Source: an uncultured Pelagibacteraceae bacterium (GTDB lineage Bacteria; Pseudomonadota; Alphaproteobacteria; Pelagibacterales; Pelagibacteraceae). From it: 50,131 nucleotides of DNA. The translations under genes and the position numbers were made by a program. This document shows, piece after piece, positions 29,646 to 39,468 of this stretch. The stretch is from positions 1 through 50,131 of the forward strand of contig CACFZQ010000001.1 of the NCBI GenBank assembly GCA_902570835.1, given 5' to 3'. Position 1 is the first letter of the stretch, and every line of letters starts with the position of its first letter. The notes below the pieces were generated by a model. The model saw only the letters and a program-made list of their open reading frames with translations, was not told the origin of the DNA and made no database searches.

Positions 29646-30843
29646 TTGCTTTCTCTACTATAGGTAAGTGTATCAAACCTGCAAATAATGATAATGCGAT
29701 AGATCCGTACCATGCATAGTCAAAATTTCCATTTAATTCATAAAATACACCACCTAGATATGCTCCAAGGAAAGAACCAATTTGATGGCTTACGAAAACT
29801 ATTCCGTATAAAAGTCCAACGTATTTTGTGCCAAATATATGCGCCACAATTCCATTTGTTGGAGGAACTGTAGATAGCCATAAAAATCCAAAAGTAACTC
29901 CAAAGACTACAGAATTAAATATACTTGGTGGTAAAAAAATAAAATAAATAATTGAAACTCCTCTTAATAGGTAAATTGCACTTAATATTTTTTTCTTACT
30001 ATACCTAGTTGCTAAATAACCACTCGTAATTGTACCTGCCATATTAAATACACCAATTAAAGCTAGAACCATTGCAGGTGTCCACTCAGGTAAACCTTTG
30101 TCTGCCATATAAGTAGGAATATGAGTTGCTACTAAAGCAATATGCCAACCACAAACAAAAAAACCTAAAGTGAGATAAATAAAACTTTTGTTTGCAAACG
30201 CCTCTTTTAAAGCTTCTCTTGCAGTTTGATTATTATCTTGATTACTTCCTACAGGTATTTTTGGAGTACTAACAAATAAAGATACTATCAATCCAACTCC
30301 TAAAAGAAGACTGAAATATAGGAGAGTATTTTCCCAACCTGTTTCAACTAAAGAATATCTTACGAGCAAAGGAGAAACAAAATATCCAAAAGAACCTGCG
30401 CATGTAACAATACCTGTTGCAATAGTTCTATTAGAAGCTGGAAAATGTTTTGCTACAACTGATACTGGGATACCTATTGCTGTAGAACCCAACCCAATTC
30501 CGATCATTACTCCCATGGTTAGGGTAAAATAGCCTCCAGTATTAAAACCAGAATAAAAAAATAAAACTCCTACTAAATAAAAAACAAAACCAATAAATAT
30601 TGCAACTGCTCCTCCATACTTATCAGTGATTACACCAAATAATGGACTGAATACTCCCCAGAGCAACAACTGCAAACCCATAACAAATCCAAAATGAGAA
30701 ATAGAAATATCTAAGTCAGTATTGAAATCAAAATAAAACAAACCAAAAGTCTGTCTTATACCTAAAGAAATTATTACCACTATAGATGCAGCTATTAAAG
30801 TGATAAGTGCTTTCTTACTTATAATGAAATTTTCTGAGCTCAT
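29623..30843 (-). CDS. MFS transporter
   Basis: Twelve hydrophobic segments, GFFVCGWHIALVATH, WLSTVPPTNG, SHQIGSFLG. Confidence 0.92.
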   Translation of the reverse strand: MSSENFIISKKALITLIAASIVVIISLGIRQTFGLFYFDFNTDLDISISHFGFVMGLQLLLWGVFSPLFGVITDKYGGAVAIFIGFVFYLVGVLFFYSGFNTGGYFTLTMGVMIGIGLGSTAIGIPVSVVAKHFPASNRTIATGIVTCAGSFGYFVSPLLVRYSLVETGWENTLLYFSLLLGVGLIVSLFVSTPKIPVGSNQDNNQTAREALKEAFANKSFIYLTLGFFVCGWHIALVATHIPTYMADKGLPEWTPAMVLALIGVFNMAGTITSGYLATRYSKKKILSAIYLLRGVSIIYFIFLPPSIFNSVVFGVTFGFLWLSTVPPTNGIVAHIFGTKYVGLLYGIVFVSHQIGSFLGAYLGGVFYELNGNFDYAWYGSIALSLFAGLIHLPIVEKAIERTQPA

Positions 30844-32015
30844 TTAAAACTTTTAAGAGCTTGTTTTATATCAGCTATAAGATCTTCAGGATCTTCTAAA
30901 CCAATATGCAATCTAACAATGTACTCATTTTTTGCTAATTTAAGATAATTTCTATTTCCTTGTTCTCTGACATTTTGATGTAAAGCTAAACTTTCAAATC
31001 CTCCCCAACTATAACCGTGTCCAAATAATTTTAGATTATTTACAAATTTTACAACTGCTTTTTCACTTTTAGCTTTAATTCTTAAACCCATCAAACCTGA
31101 AGCACCTGAATAATATTTCTTCCACATTCTAAAATTGTAAGAGTCTTTTTTGTATGGATATAATAATTTTATATTTTTATATTTAGATAAAAATTCTGCT
31201 ACTTTTTTTGAATTTTCTCTGTGTCTATCCAATCTAACATCTAAAGTTCTTAATCCTCTTGTAATTAAATAAGCATCATCAGGTCCTAATCTTAAACCTG
31301 TAACTCTTTCGGTTGCTTTTACTTTTGGAAATACTTTTTTATTAACTGCTAAACTTCCACCCATTACATCAGAATGACCTGAGTAATATTTTGTTGCTGA
31401 AACAATTGCCATATCAAAACCAAGTTTAATAGGTTTTAAAAAATATGGAGTTCCCCATGTATTATCAATTGCTGTTAAAATTTTGTGTTTTTTTGCTATA
31501 GAAACAATTTTCCCTAAATCTTGAAAATCAAAAGTGTTACTTCCTGGGTTTTCTACAAAAATTAATTTAGTTTTTTTTGTAATTTCTTTTTCTAATGTCT
31601 TAAGATCATGTGGATCATAAAAAGTTGTTTTGATATTAAATTCTTTTAAAAAATCTTGTGTCAAAAGTCTTGTTGGACTGTAAATTGGGTCAGCTGCAAT
31701 AATTTCATCACCAGGTCTTGTAACACTAAAAATTGCAAGGAATACTGCTCCAAATCCAGTAGGTGTTAAAAAAGTAAAATAGCTTTCTTCAAGTTTAGAT
31801 AAAATTTGCTGTAAAATATGAGTCGTAGAAGTTCCTTGTCTTCCGTAATCAAAATGTCCACCTGTAGGGTTTTTTTTTGCCTTGTCTTGAGTTTTTCTAA
31901 TATCTTGCATCGATTTGAAAATAATCGTTGATGCACGCACAATTGGTGGATTTACAGACTGATTATGAAAATCTTTAGCAGTATGTTTTAAAAATGTTTT
32001 AAAAGAATTACTCAT
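30840..32015 (-). CDS. metC: Cystathionine beta-lyase
   Basis: VNPPIVRAST, YGRQGT, DNTWGTP, SATKYYSGHSD (PLP Lys), GYSWGGFESL, RLHIGLED. Confidence 0.92.
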   Translation of the reverse strand: MSNSFKTFLKHTAKDFHNQSVNPPIVRASTIIFKSMQDIRKTQDKAKKNPTGGHFDYGRQGTSTTHILQQILSKLEESYFTFLTPTGFGAVFLAIFSVTRPGDEIIAADPIYSPTRLLTQDFLKEFNIKTTFYDPHDLKTLEKEITKKTKLIFVENPGSNTFDFQDLGKIVSIAKKHKILTAIDNTWGTPYFLKPIKLGFDMAIVSATKYYSGHSDVMGGSLAVNKKVFPKVKATERVTGLRLGPDDAYLITRGLRTLDVRLDRHRENSKKVAEFLSKYKNIKLLYPYKKDSYNFRMWKKYYSGASGLMGLRIKAKSEKAVVKFVNNLKLFGHGYSWGGFESLALHQNVREQGNRNYLKLAKNEYIVRLHIGLEDPEDLIADIKQALKSFK

Positions 32016-32089
32016 AATAAAATTTGATATGTTTAAAAGACAATGCTATATCCCGTGAAAAACGTCAATAAATTAATAAATAGGACTAA

Positions 32090-32173
32090 ATGAGTTATCC
32101 GAAGAAACATAGGGGTCGAAGAAAACAAGGCTCCAAAAAAAGAAGAGCAAAAAGAAAAAATAAAAAGAAATAA
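32090..32173 (+). CDS. 27-aa highly basic small protein
   Basis: Hand-translated: MSYPKKHRGRRKQGSKKRRAKRKNKKK*; AGGA RBS five bases upstream; fits the metC-mnmA gap without overlap. Confidence 0.7.
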   Translation: MSYPKKHRGRRKQGSKKRRAKRKNKKK

Positions 32174-32178
32174 TTCTT

Positions 32179-33297
32179 TTATTCTTTAATCCAACCGCCA
32201 CCAAGAACTCTGTGACCATATTGGTCTTTGCTGTAGAAAACGCATGCCTGTCCTGGAGATACTCCATCCTCAGGATTTAACAGATGAACATTTGCAGTAT
32301 TATTATCTTTTAAATCTACTTTAGCCTCAAGAAGGCTACCTGTTGATCTAACCTTTACAAATATATTTTGATTAAGGTCTTTTTTATCAGTTAGTAAATT
32401 TAAATCTTTTAAAGATATTTCTTTTTTTCCAAGGTTTTCTTTAGGACCTACTATAATTTCATTTTTATCTGAATTTATTTTTAAAACATATAAAGCCTCT
32501 TTGTCAGAAACCTTAATTCCCTTTCTTTGTCCAATTGTGAAATTAATAATACCATCATGAACTCCAATTACTTTTCCATCTAAATTTTTAATATTCCCTT
32601 TTTGAAAAGAGTCTGGTCTAAATTTCCTAATTACTGATGCATAATCTCCATTAGGCACAAAACAAATATCCTGACTATCTGGTTTATCAGCTACATTTAA
32701 ATCTAACTCTTTAGCAATTTCTCTTGTTTTATCTTTTAGCATTCCACCCAATGGAAATCTTAAATAATCTAGCTGCTCTCTAGTTGTGTTGAATAGAAAA
32801 TAACTTTGATCTCTATTTTCATCGATTGCTCTGTACATATTGTTGGTGTTGTTTGAAGTAATATTTTTTACATAATGTCCTGTAACTAATGCATCTGCTT
32901 TAAGATCTTTTGAAACTTCAAATAAATCTTTAAACTTTACTGTTTGATTACATTGAACACATGGAATCGGGGTTTCACCTTTTAAATAACTGTCAACAAA
33001 GTTATCTATTACTCCTTGCTTAAATTTATCTTGATAGTATAAAATTTTATGCTCAATATCCAATTTGTGAGCAACACGTTTTGCATCCATGATATCTTGA
33101 CCTGAACAACACTGTTTAGATTGAGCTACTTCTTTTCCATCATCATATAGTTTAAGTGTAATGCCTATAACTTTGTAACCCTCATTTTTCATAATCCCAG
33201 CCACAGTTGACGAGTCTACTCCACCAGACATTGCAACAACCACTGTTGTATCTTCAGGTTTTTTGTTAATTCCGATAGAGTTTAATTCTTTATTCAT
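32179..33297 (-). CDS. mnmA: tRNA-specific 2-thiouridylase
   Basis: [59 protein letters not shown]. Confidence 0.97.
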   Translation of the reverse strand: MNKELNSIGINKKPEDTTVVVAMSGGVDSSTVAGIMKNEGYKVIGITLKLYDDGKEVAQSKQCCSGQDIMDAKRVAHKLDIEHKILYYQDKFKQGVIDNFVDSYLKGETPIPCVQCNQTVKFKDLFEVSKDLKADALVTGHYVKNITSNNTNNMYRAIDENRDQSYFLFNTTREQLDYLRFPLGGMLKDKTREIAKELDLNVADKPDSQDICFVPNGDYASVIRKFRPDSFQKGNIKNLDGKVIGVHDGIINFTIGQRKGIKVSDKEALYVLKINSDKNEIIVGPKENLGKKEISLKDLNLLTDKKDLNQNIFVKVRSTGSLLEAKVDLKDNNTANVHLLNPEDGVSPGQACVFYSKDQYGHRVLGGGWIKE

Positions 33298-33338
33298 TAG
33301 GTGGTATTTATACTTATTTACAATATAAGTTAAATTAA

Positions 33339-33509
33339 ATGATTTTAGATTATGAACCAGGTGACAAAGTCACTAATCCTGAGAATAAAGAATGGGGCAT
33401 TGGACAAGTACAATCAATCATAAAAGATAAGGTTACTGTTAATTTTGAAAATGCAGGTAAAAAAGTAATAAATGCAAAAAATATAGAATTAAAAAAAATT
33501 GGTAAATAA
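33339..33509 (+). CDS. DUF3553-like small protein (56 aa)
   Basis: Hand-translated: [56 protein letters not shown]; WGxGQVQS...TVNFExxGK pattern. Confidence 0.85.
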   Translation: MILDYEPGDKVTNPENKEWGIGQVQSIIKDKVTVNFENAGKKVINAKNIELKKIGK

Positions 33510-33512
33510 AAG

Positions 33513-34277
33513 ATGGACTTACAAAAAATTATTGAAGATTTAGTTGATACTTTTTTATCAGCGGGAGACTTGTCCATTCAACTAAGAGAAAAAGGATTAA
33601 GCAAAGAAATTAAATCTGACAATACTCCAGTTAGTAATGGTGATATTGAGGTAAATAATTTCATATCTTCAAAAATATCAAAAGTAACACCTGACATTCC
33701 AATTATTTCAGAAGAAACTTCTGAAAATAAAAATAACTCTGAATTAAAAGATTTTTGGTTGGTGGATCCTATAGATGGAACCTATGATTACATAAATAAT
33801 TTAGAGGAATTTACTATTAATGCAGGTTTAATTATTAATAACAAACCTGTTGCAGGTTTAATAAATGCGCCTGCTAAAAAAAGAATGTTTTATTCATATG
33901 GGAAAGGCAAATCTTTTGAGCTTACTAATAACAAAACAATAAACCTTTCTGAGTTACCATTTAAAAAAAAAGAGCCACTTAATTTCATTTCTTACAGCAA
34001 TAAAATTAAACCTGAGATACAAAAGATTTATGATGAATTGGGTGTAAAAGAACACACTAGAATGAAAAGTTCTTTAAAATTTTGCGTTGTTGCTGCATGT
34101 GAATTTGATGGTTATGTCGCTGAACCTCGAGCTTACGAGTGGGATATTGCGGCAGGACATGCGATTTTAGAAAATGCAGGCGGATCTGTTAAAGACTTTG
34201 ATAGAAATGAAATATTATATGGTAAGAAAAATTTAAAAAATCCAAGTTTAATTTTAAAAAGTAAAAATATAATTTAA
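33513..34277 (+). CDS. cysQ: 3'(2'),5'-bisphosphate nucleotidase (inositol monophosphatase family)
   Basis: KSDNTPVS, ISEE, FWLVDPIDGT, SSLKFC, EWDIAAGHAIL. Confidence 0.92.
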   Translation: MDLQKIIEDLVDTFLSAGDLSIQLREKGLSKEIKSDNTPVSNGDIEVNNFISSKISKVTPDIPIISEETSENKNNSELKDFWLVDPIDGTYDYINNLEEFTINAGLIINNKPVAGLINAPAKKRMFYSYGKGKSFELTNNKTINLSELPFKKKEPLNFISYSNKIKPEIQKIYDELGVKEHTRMKSSLKFCVVAACEFDGYVAEPRAYEWDIAAGHAILENAGGSVKDFDRNEILYGKKNLKNPSLILKSKNII

Positions 34278-34420
34278 TGGATGAACAATTAAGAATTATT
34301 TTAATAATAATAGTATCTGTTTCAATTTTTGGATTACTAGTTTTTGTTTTTGTTAAAAATTATATTAGAAACAAAATAAATCACCTTGTAGATGAAGAGA
34401 AAAAAAGAAAATTAAAGTAA
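34277..34420 (+). CDS. Small (47 aa) single-pass membrane protein
   Basis: Hand-translated: MDEQLRIILIIIVSVSIFGLLVFVFVKNYIRNKINHLVDEEKKRKLK*; TAATG-coupled to cysQ. Confidence 0.7.
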   Translation: MDEQLRIILIIIVSVSIFGLLVFVFVKNYIRNKINHLVDEEKKRKLK

Positions 34421-34975
34421 TTTAATTATCTTTTCATATTCATTTTTATCAATATCCATTACTTTTTTTGATGTTTCAAAGTCAAATCCATTTCTTGCTA
34501 GTAAAGAAATATCTTTTTTATAAAACAAAGTTCTATTATCCTCCGCTCTTGCAGGTCCTATTCTTTTTTTCTTACATAATTTTATAGCTGAAAAAAAATC
34601 CTGATCAGAATTATCCTCTTTTATTTTGTCAACTGTATCCTTGATAAAACTATCATCAATTCCTTTACCCATTAAATAGTTTCTGATTTTATTTATGGAA
34701 TTTCCTCTTTGGATCATGCTCTTTGCTTTGCTTTCTGAATAAAATTGATCATTGATAAATTTATTTTTTTCTAGATCAGATAGAACAATATCAATTAATT
34801 TGTTTACATCTTTTTTTCTAGAGTCTGTTGCAGAAAGTTTCATATATTTTTTTAATAAATATGTTTTAAGTTGTTGTTTTGAGGGTGCATATTTTTCAAC
34901 ATAAGCGAAAGCAAAATTCCTCATTTCGTCAACAGTAACTTGAAGTGTTTTTCTTTTATTTCTTATAGGAATCAT
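34412..34975 (-). CDS. recX: RecX-family regulatory protein
   Basis: AFAYVEKYAPS, FINDQFYSE, RGNSINKIRNYL..KGI, KKRIGP, LARNGFD; alphaproteobacterial RecX pattern. Confidence 0.88.
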   Translation of the reverse strand: MIPIRNKRKTLQVTVDEMRNFAFAYVEKYAPSKQQLKTYLLKKYMKLSATDSRKKDVNKLIDIVLSDLEKNKFINDQFYSESKAKSMIQRGNSINKIRNYLMGKGIDDSFIKDTVDKIKEDNSDQDFFSAIKLCKKKRIGPARAEDNRTLFYKKDISLLARNGFDFETSKKVMDIDKNEYEKIIKLL

Positions 34976-34999
34976 CGATAGATTTTATATAATATAAAT

Positions 35000-35473
35000 A
35001 TGATTGAACAAATTTATAACTATTTCACAATTGATGTGCTTTATATGTGGATCAATTTAGGAGTTATACCTTTTTGGTTCATCTTAATTCTATTTCCTCA
35101 GTCACACTTAAGCAGGTATATAGTAACTACTATATTTCCTTTTTTATTGTTGAGTGGTGTTTATATTTATATTTTATATAGATCTTTTACAGTTGGTTAT
35201 GACTTCGACGCTAATTTTAGTTTGTATCTTGGTTTAGTCGAGTTATCTCGACTTTTTGAAGACAATCTATACCTAACTCTTTTCTGGACTCATTTTGTAG
35301 CTATAAATTTATTTGTAGGTGGATGGATGGTGAAAGACTCTCAAAAATACTACGTAAATAAAGTATTAATGTCAGTCCCTTTAATAATTACATACTTAAT
35401 TGGTCCTATTGGTTTGTTTATTTATTGGATAATTAGAATTTTTTACGCCAAAAAACTAAATCTATATGAGTAA
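35000..35473 (+). CDS. ABA4-like / DUF4281 membrane protein
   Basis: PFWFILILFP, LFWTHFVAINLFVGGW, GPIGLFIY motifs. Confidence 0.85.
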   Translation: MIEQIYNYFTIDVLYMWINLGVIPFWFILILFPQSHLSRYIVTTIFPFLLLSGVYIYILYRSFTVGYDFDANFSLYLGLVELSRLFEDNLYLTLFWTHFVAINLFVGGWMVKDSQKYYVNKVLMSVPLIITYLIGPIGLFIYWIIRIFYAKKLNLYE

Positions 35474-36044
35474 TCATATAGATTTTTACTTCGATGTTAT
35501 TAGTCCTTACGCTTACATCGCATATAAAAAAATTGTAAAAATTAATAATGTAAATTTTAAATTGAAGCCAATATTGTTAGGTGGTCTTCATAACTTAGCA
35601 GGTATTACTGCTCCTGCTTTTAATAAATATAAAATGAAAAATATGCAAAATGATTGTGAACTTGTTTCAAAAAAAAATAGCATAAGTTTCAAATGGAATT
35701 CTAAATTTCCAATTAACTCTTTAAGTATAATGAGAGGTTATCTCTCTGTTAATGATAATAAAAAAGAAGATTACTTAAATAGTTTTTTTGAAGCTTATTG
35801 GAAAGAAGATCTAGATTTATCTAATGAGGAAAATATCAAAATACTATTAAAAAAATTAAAAATTAATGAAAATAATTTTTTTAATTCTATTAATAACCAA
35901 GACATTAAAGATAATTTAAAAGAATTAACTCAAGAAGCATTTGAAAAAGAAGTATTTGGAGCCCCAACTTTTATAGTTAATAATAAAATATTCTGGGGAC
36001 AAGACCGTCTAGAATATGCTTTAGATGAAATTAAAAATATTTAA
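35466..36044 (+). CDS. 2-hydroxychromene-2-carboxylate isomerase / kappa-GST (DsbA-like family)
   Basis: FYFDVISPYAY, PILLGG, FPINSL..MRG, VFGAPTF, FWGQDRL. Confidence 0.9.
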   Translation: MSNHIDFYFDVISPYAYIAYKKIVKINNVNFKLKPILLGGLHNLAGITAPAFNKYKMKNMQNDCELVSKKNSISFKWNSKFPINSLSIMRGYLSVNDNKKEDYLNSFFEAYWKEDLDLSNEENIKILLKKLKINENNFFNSINNQDIKDNLKELTQEAFEKEVFGAPTFIVNNKIFWGQDRLEYALDEIKNI

Positions 36045-36385
36045 ACTATTTTAAAACTACTATTGCTGATAGATCCAAAACCACCTTCAATATGAGAGAT
36101 ATTTTTGAAGCCTTTTTCAGTTAAGGATTTTACTGACATTTCAGATCTAATGCCTCCAGCACAAAACAAAACTACCTCTTTGTCTTTATCTATTTGACCA
36201 TTTTTAAAAACATCGCTATTTGGATCTAGAAGAGTTTCTAAATTTCCCATAGGTATATGGTTAGCTCCTTCAACTTTTCCTGTAAGTTTTAATTCATTTA
36301 ATTCTCTAATGTCAATTAGATTACATTTGTTTTCTTGGACCATTTGATAAGCTTCATCAGCATTTATAGTTTTAATTTCACTCAT
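36041..36385 (-). CDS. Single-domain rhodanese (sulfurtransferase)
   Basis: LIDIRE..E...G...GA.HIP.G.LE, FCAGGIRS (catalytic Cys), HIEGGF. Confidence 0.92.
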   Translation of the reverse strand: MSEIKTINADEAYQMVQENKCNLIDIRELNELKLTGKVEGANHIPMGNLETLLDPNSDVFKNGQIDKDKEVVLFCAGGIRSEMSVKSLTEKGFKNISHIEGGFGSISNSSFKIV

Positions 36386-36443
36386 AGTATCACTAAATAA
36401 AGTTTGAATTGATTTAACTGTTATTATTAATTATTTCTAGCTT

Positions 36444-37472
36444 ATGAAAGTTCAAAATAAAACAATTAAATCAAATTTTTTAAAAAAATTATTTATTAAA
36501 ATTTGTAGAATTTTTGACTTTGAAATTATTGATCAAGGTAATTTAACACTCCCTGTTAGTAACAAAAAAGACATAAAAAACCTTTCAAATATAGGTAAAG
36601 AGTCTTTAATCCTTCCGATGGGAAGAGTTGAAATTAAACGGTCAGTAAAATCTTTAGATATTATTTTAAGAACATGTGCCTCAGTAAATATGCTTTCTCA
36701 ATCAAAAAAAAGAATTTTTAAAAGAAACAAATCTGAATATTCTTTGAAAACATTAGTTTCAATTATTAATTCAATTAATAATAATAAAAAAATATTCAAA
36801 GAAATTAAATTAAAATTTACAATTATTGATCACAATAGTGAGAAAAATGTCATTAAAAAATTTCAAAAAATTTTAAATAATCAATTTTTTGACAGTGAAA
36901 TAATTCAACTGGATATAAACAAGTATAAAAAGAGTATTAAAAAAATAAATCAACAGGGAAAAAATGTTACTAATAACCAGATTTCAAACATGTCTAATAT
37001 AAATCAATCTTTAAATTTGGGTAAAAATTGTGAGGATTTAGTATATTTTGTAGAGGATGACTATATCCACAAACCAGACGCTATTGAGGAAATGATATAT
37101 GCTTACGAAAGAATATCCACTCAACTAGGAACCGAACTTATAATGTGCCCTGCGGATTACCCTTATCTATATAACAAGGTGGAGAATTCAAATATTTTAT
37201 TAGGAAACAAATATCATTGGCGTAAAATTAACGAAACTTTATGTACATTCCTTACTAGTAAAAAAATAATTAATAAACATTTTAAAAAATTTGTTAGTGC
37301 ATGCGAGTTTGAACATTATCCTTTTGAAAAACCTTTTCATGATATATATAAAAAGGAACTTTGCATTAGTCCTATGCCAGCAATAGCTGTACATTTTACT
37401 AATATTAATTCAATTTACGGTTTATCACCGTTAATAGACTATAAAAAATTATGGGAAAAAAATAAATTATGA
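36444..37472 (+). CDS. Glycosyltransferase family 2-like (GT-A fold) protein
   Basis: IIDHNS and LVYFVEDDYIH (DxD-like) motifs. Confidence 0.7.
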   Translation: MKVQNKTIKSNFLKKLFIKICRIFDFEIIDQGNLTLPVSNKKDIKNLSNIGKESLILPMGRVEIKRSVKSLDIILRTCASVNMLSQSKKRIFKRNKSEYSLKTLVSIINSINNNKKIFKEIKLKFTIIDHNSEKNVIKKFQKILNNQFFDSEIIQLDINKYKKSIKKINQQGKNVTNNQISNMSNINQSLNLGKNCEDLVYFVEDDYIHKPDAIEEMIYAYERISTQLGTELIMCPADYPYLYNKVENSNILLGNKYHWRKINETLCTFLTSKKIINKHFKKFVSACEFEHYPFEKPFHDIYKKELCISPMPAIAVHFTNINSIYGLSPLIDYKKLWEKNKL

Positions 37473-37942
37473 CATTAAAAATAAACTCAAAAGCTCCATC
37501 GTTTGTAATAGCATCAACTTCGAAAGATAAATATTCTTTAAAAGACACACTTGGGAAATATGTGGTTCTATATTTTTACCCAAAAGATGATACACCTGGA
37601 TGCACAATCGAAACTAATGACTTCAATAAATTGTTAGCAAAATTTAAAAAGCTAGACTGTGAAGTATACGGGATTTCAAAGGATAGCTTAAAAAGCCATG
37701 ATAAATTCAGAGATAAATACAAAATCAAATTTGATTTACTCGCAGATGAAGAGATTAAAGTATTAAAAAAATATAAAGTCTGGGGAAAGAAAAAATTTAT
37801 GGGCCGTGAATTTATGGGGATAAATAGAACAACTTTTTTAATTGATAAAAAAGGTAAAATTCTAAAAATCTGGGAGAACGTCAAAGTAAAAGATCACGCT
37901 AAAGAGGTCCTAGAAACGTTAAAAGAAATTTCAAAATCTTAA
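37469..37942 (+). CDS. bcp: Thioredoxin-dependent thiol peroxidase (BCP/PrxQ)
   Basis: VLYFYPKDDTPGCTIE, GISKDS, RTTFLID. Confidence 0.95.
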   Translation: MTLKINSKAPSFVIASTSKDKYSLKDTLGKYVVLYFYPKDDTPGCTIETNDFNKLLAKFKKLDCEVYGISKDSLKSHDKFRDKYKIKFDLLADEEIKVLKKYKVWGKKKFMGREFMGINRTTFLIDKKGKILKIWENVKVKDHAKEVLETLKEISKS

Positions 37943-38060
37943 AAAAAGGCCCCATTTCTGGGGCCTTTAGTTATTAACTAACTAGAGAGAGAGATAAGTT
38001 AATTCTTTGTTCAGAGGCTCTTCAATGAGATAACGACATGGAGATCGAAGAGCCCCTATA
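37941..38060 (-). ncRNA. Putative three-hairpin structured RNA in the amtB 3' UTR
   Basis: 14-bp stem 38013-38057 that needs two G-U pairs available only on the minus strand; 7-bp stem 37973-38003 with a CUCUCUCUCU loop; then the terminator. Confidence 0.55.
37945..37968. terminator. Intrinsic terminator between convergent bcp and amtB
   Basis: Perfect AAAGGCCCCA-TTTC-TGGGGCCTTT hairpin; long U run on the minus strand and a short one on the plus strand. Confidence 0.88.
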
Positions 38061-38070
38061 TTGCATGCAA

Positions 38071-39372
38071 TTAGTCTCGTATTGCGTATGCTATTACACC
38101 TGTTTCGGTAACGTCTGTACCTTTGGACTCAGCTTCTTTACTTAATCTTATTCCAAAAGTAGCTTTCATAATTGAAAACACAATGTAAGACACGACAAAT
38201 ACAAAAATGTTAATTGATAGCACACCAATTAATTGTGCACTAAATGATGCATCAGTATTTGTTAGTGGAACTGCAAGTGTTCCCCAAATTCCAGCAAACA
38301 TGTGAGCTGGAATTGCACCTACAACATCGTCAAGTTTGAAACTGAATAACAATTTAGTTCCAAATACAACAATTAAACCACCGACAGCTCCAATGAAGAT
38401 TGCAGCTAATGGGGTTGGTGCTAAAGGTTCAGCAGTTACTGCAACTAATCCACCAATTGCTCCGTTTAACATTTGTACAACATCTGTTTTACCATACAAC
38501 AATCTTGTAATTATAGCTGCGGCCATAACACCACCACAGGCTGCAAGATTAGTATTGATAAATATTCCTGATACAGCGACTGCATCATCAAATGTTCCAA
38601 TAGCTAATTGAGATCCACCGTTGAATCCAAACCAACCTAACCATAGGATAAATACTCCTATTGTTACTAATGGAATTGAAGAAGCAGCAAAAGGTTTAAT
38701 AGCTTTCGCTTCACCTTTGCTATCAAATCTTCCATATCTTGCACCTAACAACATTATACCAGCTAGTGCAGCTGCACCACCTGTTGAGTGTACTAAAGTT
38801 GAACCAGCGAAATCTGAGAAGCCAAGTTCTGCTAACCAGCCTCCACCCCACTGCCAACCCATTACGATAGGATAAATAATTCCAGCTAAAATTGCTGCGA
38901 ATAGAAAGAACGGCCATAGTTTAACTCTTTCAGCCATTGCTCCTGAACAAATTGAAACTGTTGTTGCACAGAAAACCATTTGGAAATACCAGTCAGAACC
39001 ATCTGCATATCCAGTATCAACTGAACTTGCATCTGACCATGGAGTAAATGTTCCAATGTATCCACCCTCTGGAATTCCATACGCTAAGTTATATCCAAAC
39101 AACCAAAACATAATTCCGGCAATTGAGTAAAGACCGATGTTCTTTGCACAAATTACTGAAACACTTTTTGAAGTTACCATGCCAGATTCTAGCATCGCAA
39201 AGCCTGCTGCCATAAACATGACCATGAAACCACACATCAAAAATAGTAGTGAATTGAATATAGCTTGTACTTCAGCAGAAACAGTTGTCTCTGCCATTCC
39301 TGCACTACTCATGTTTAGTAAAAATACTAAGCTTAGTAATGGTGCAGATATTTTCTTTATTATTTTAGTCAT
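38071..39372 (-). CDS. amtB: Ammonium transporter
   Basis: AGFAMLESG, FQMVFCATT, SGAMAER, DFAGSTLVH, WLGWFGFNGGS, LDDVVGAIPAH. Confidence 0.96.
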   Translation of the reverse strand: MTKIIKKISAPLLSLVFLLNMSSAGMAETTVSAEVQAIFNSLLFLMCGFMVMFMAAGFAMLESGMVTSKSVSVICAKNIGLYSIAGIMFWLFGYNLAYGIPEGGYIGTFTPWSDASSVDTGYADGSDWYFQMVFCATTVSICSGAMAERVKLWPFFLFAAILAGIIYPIVMGWQWGGGWLAELGFSDFAGSTLVHSTGGAAALAGIMLLGARYGRFDSKGEAKAIKPFAASSIPLVTIGVFILWLGWFGFNGGSQLAIGTFDDAVAVSGIFINTNLAACGGVMAAAIITRLLYGKTDVVQMLNGAIGGLVAVTAEPLAPTPLAAIFIGAVGGLIVVFGTKLLFSFKLDDVVGAIPAHMFAGIWGTLAVPLTNTDASFSAQLIGVLSINIFVFVVSYIVFSIMKATFGIRLSKEAESKGTDVTETGVIAYAIRD

Positions 39373-39447
39373 TAGACCTCCACTTGTTTAAGTAAAGGTT
39401 TATAGTTTTATTTATTTTTAAAACTAACGCTGATTAGGAAAATTGGG

Positions 39448-39464
39448 TATGCAATATTTGCATA
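39448..39464. promoter_or_regulatory. Palindromic candidate operator upstream of amtB
   Basis: Perfect inverted repeat TATGCAA-TAT-TTGCATA about 75-90 bp upstream of the amtB start. Confidence 0.5.
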
Positions 39465-39468
39465 TAGC

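Noticed and set aside
32073-32267. 64-aa minus-strand ORF with a Phe-rich stretch
   Set aside because: It is the antisense reading of the 27-aa basic ORF and overlaps the mnmA 3' end.
33350-33577. 75-aa minus-strand ORF
   Set aside because: Antisense to the DUF3553-like gene and cysQ.
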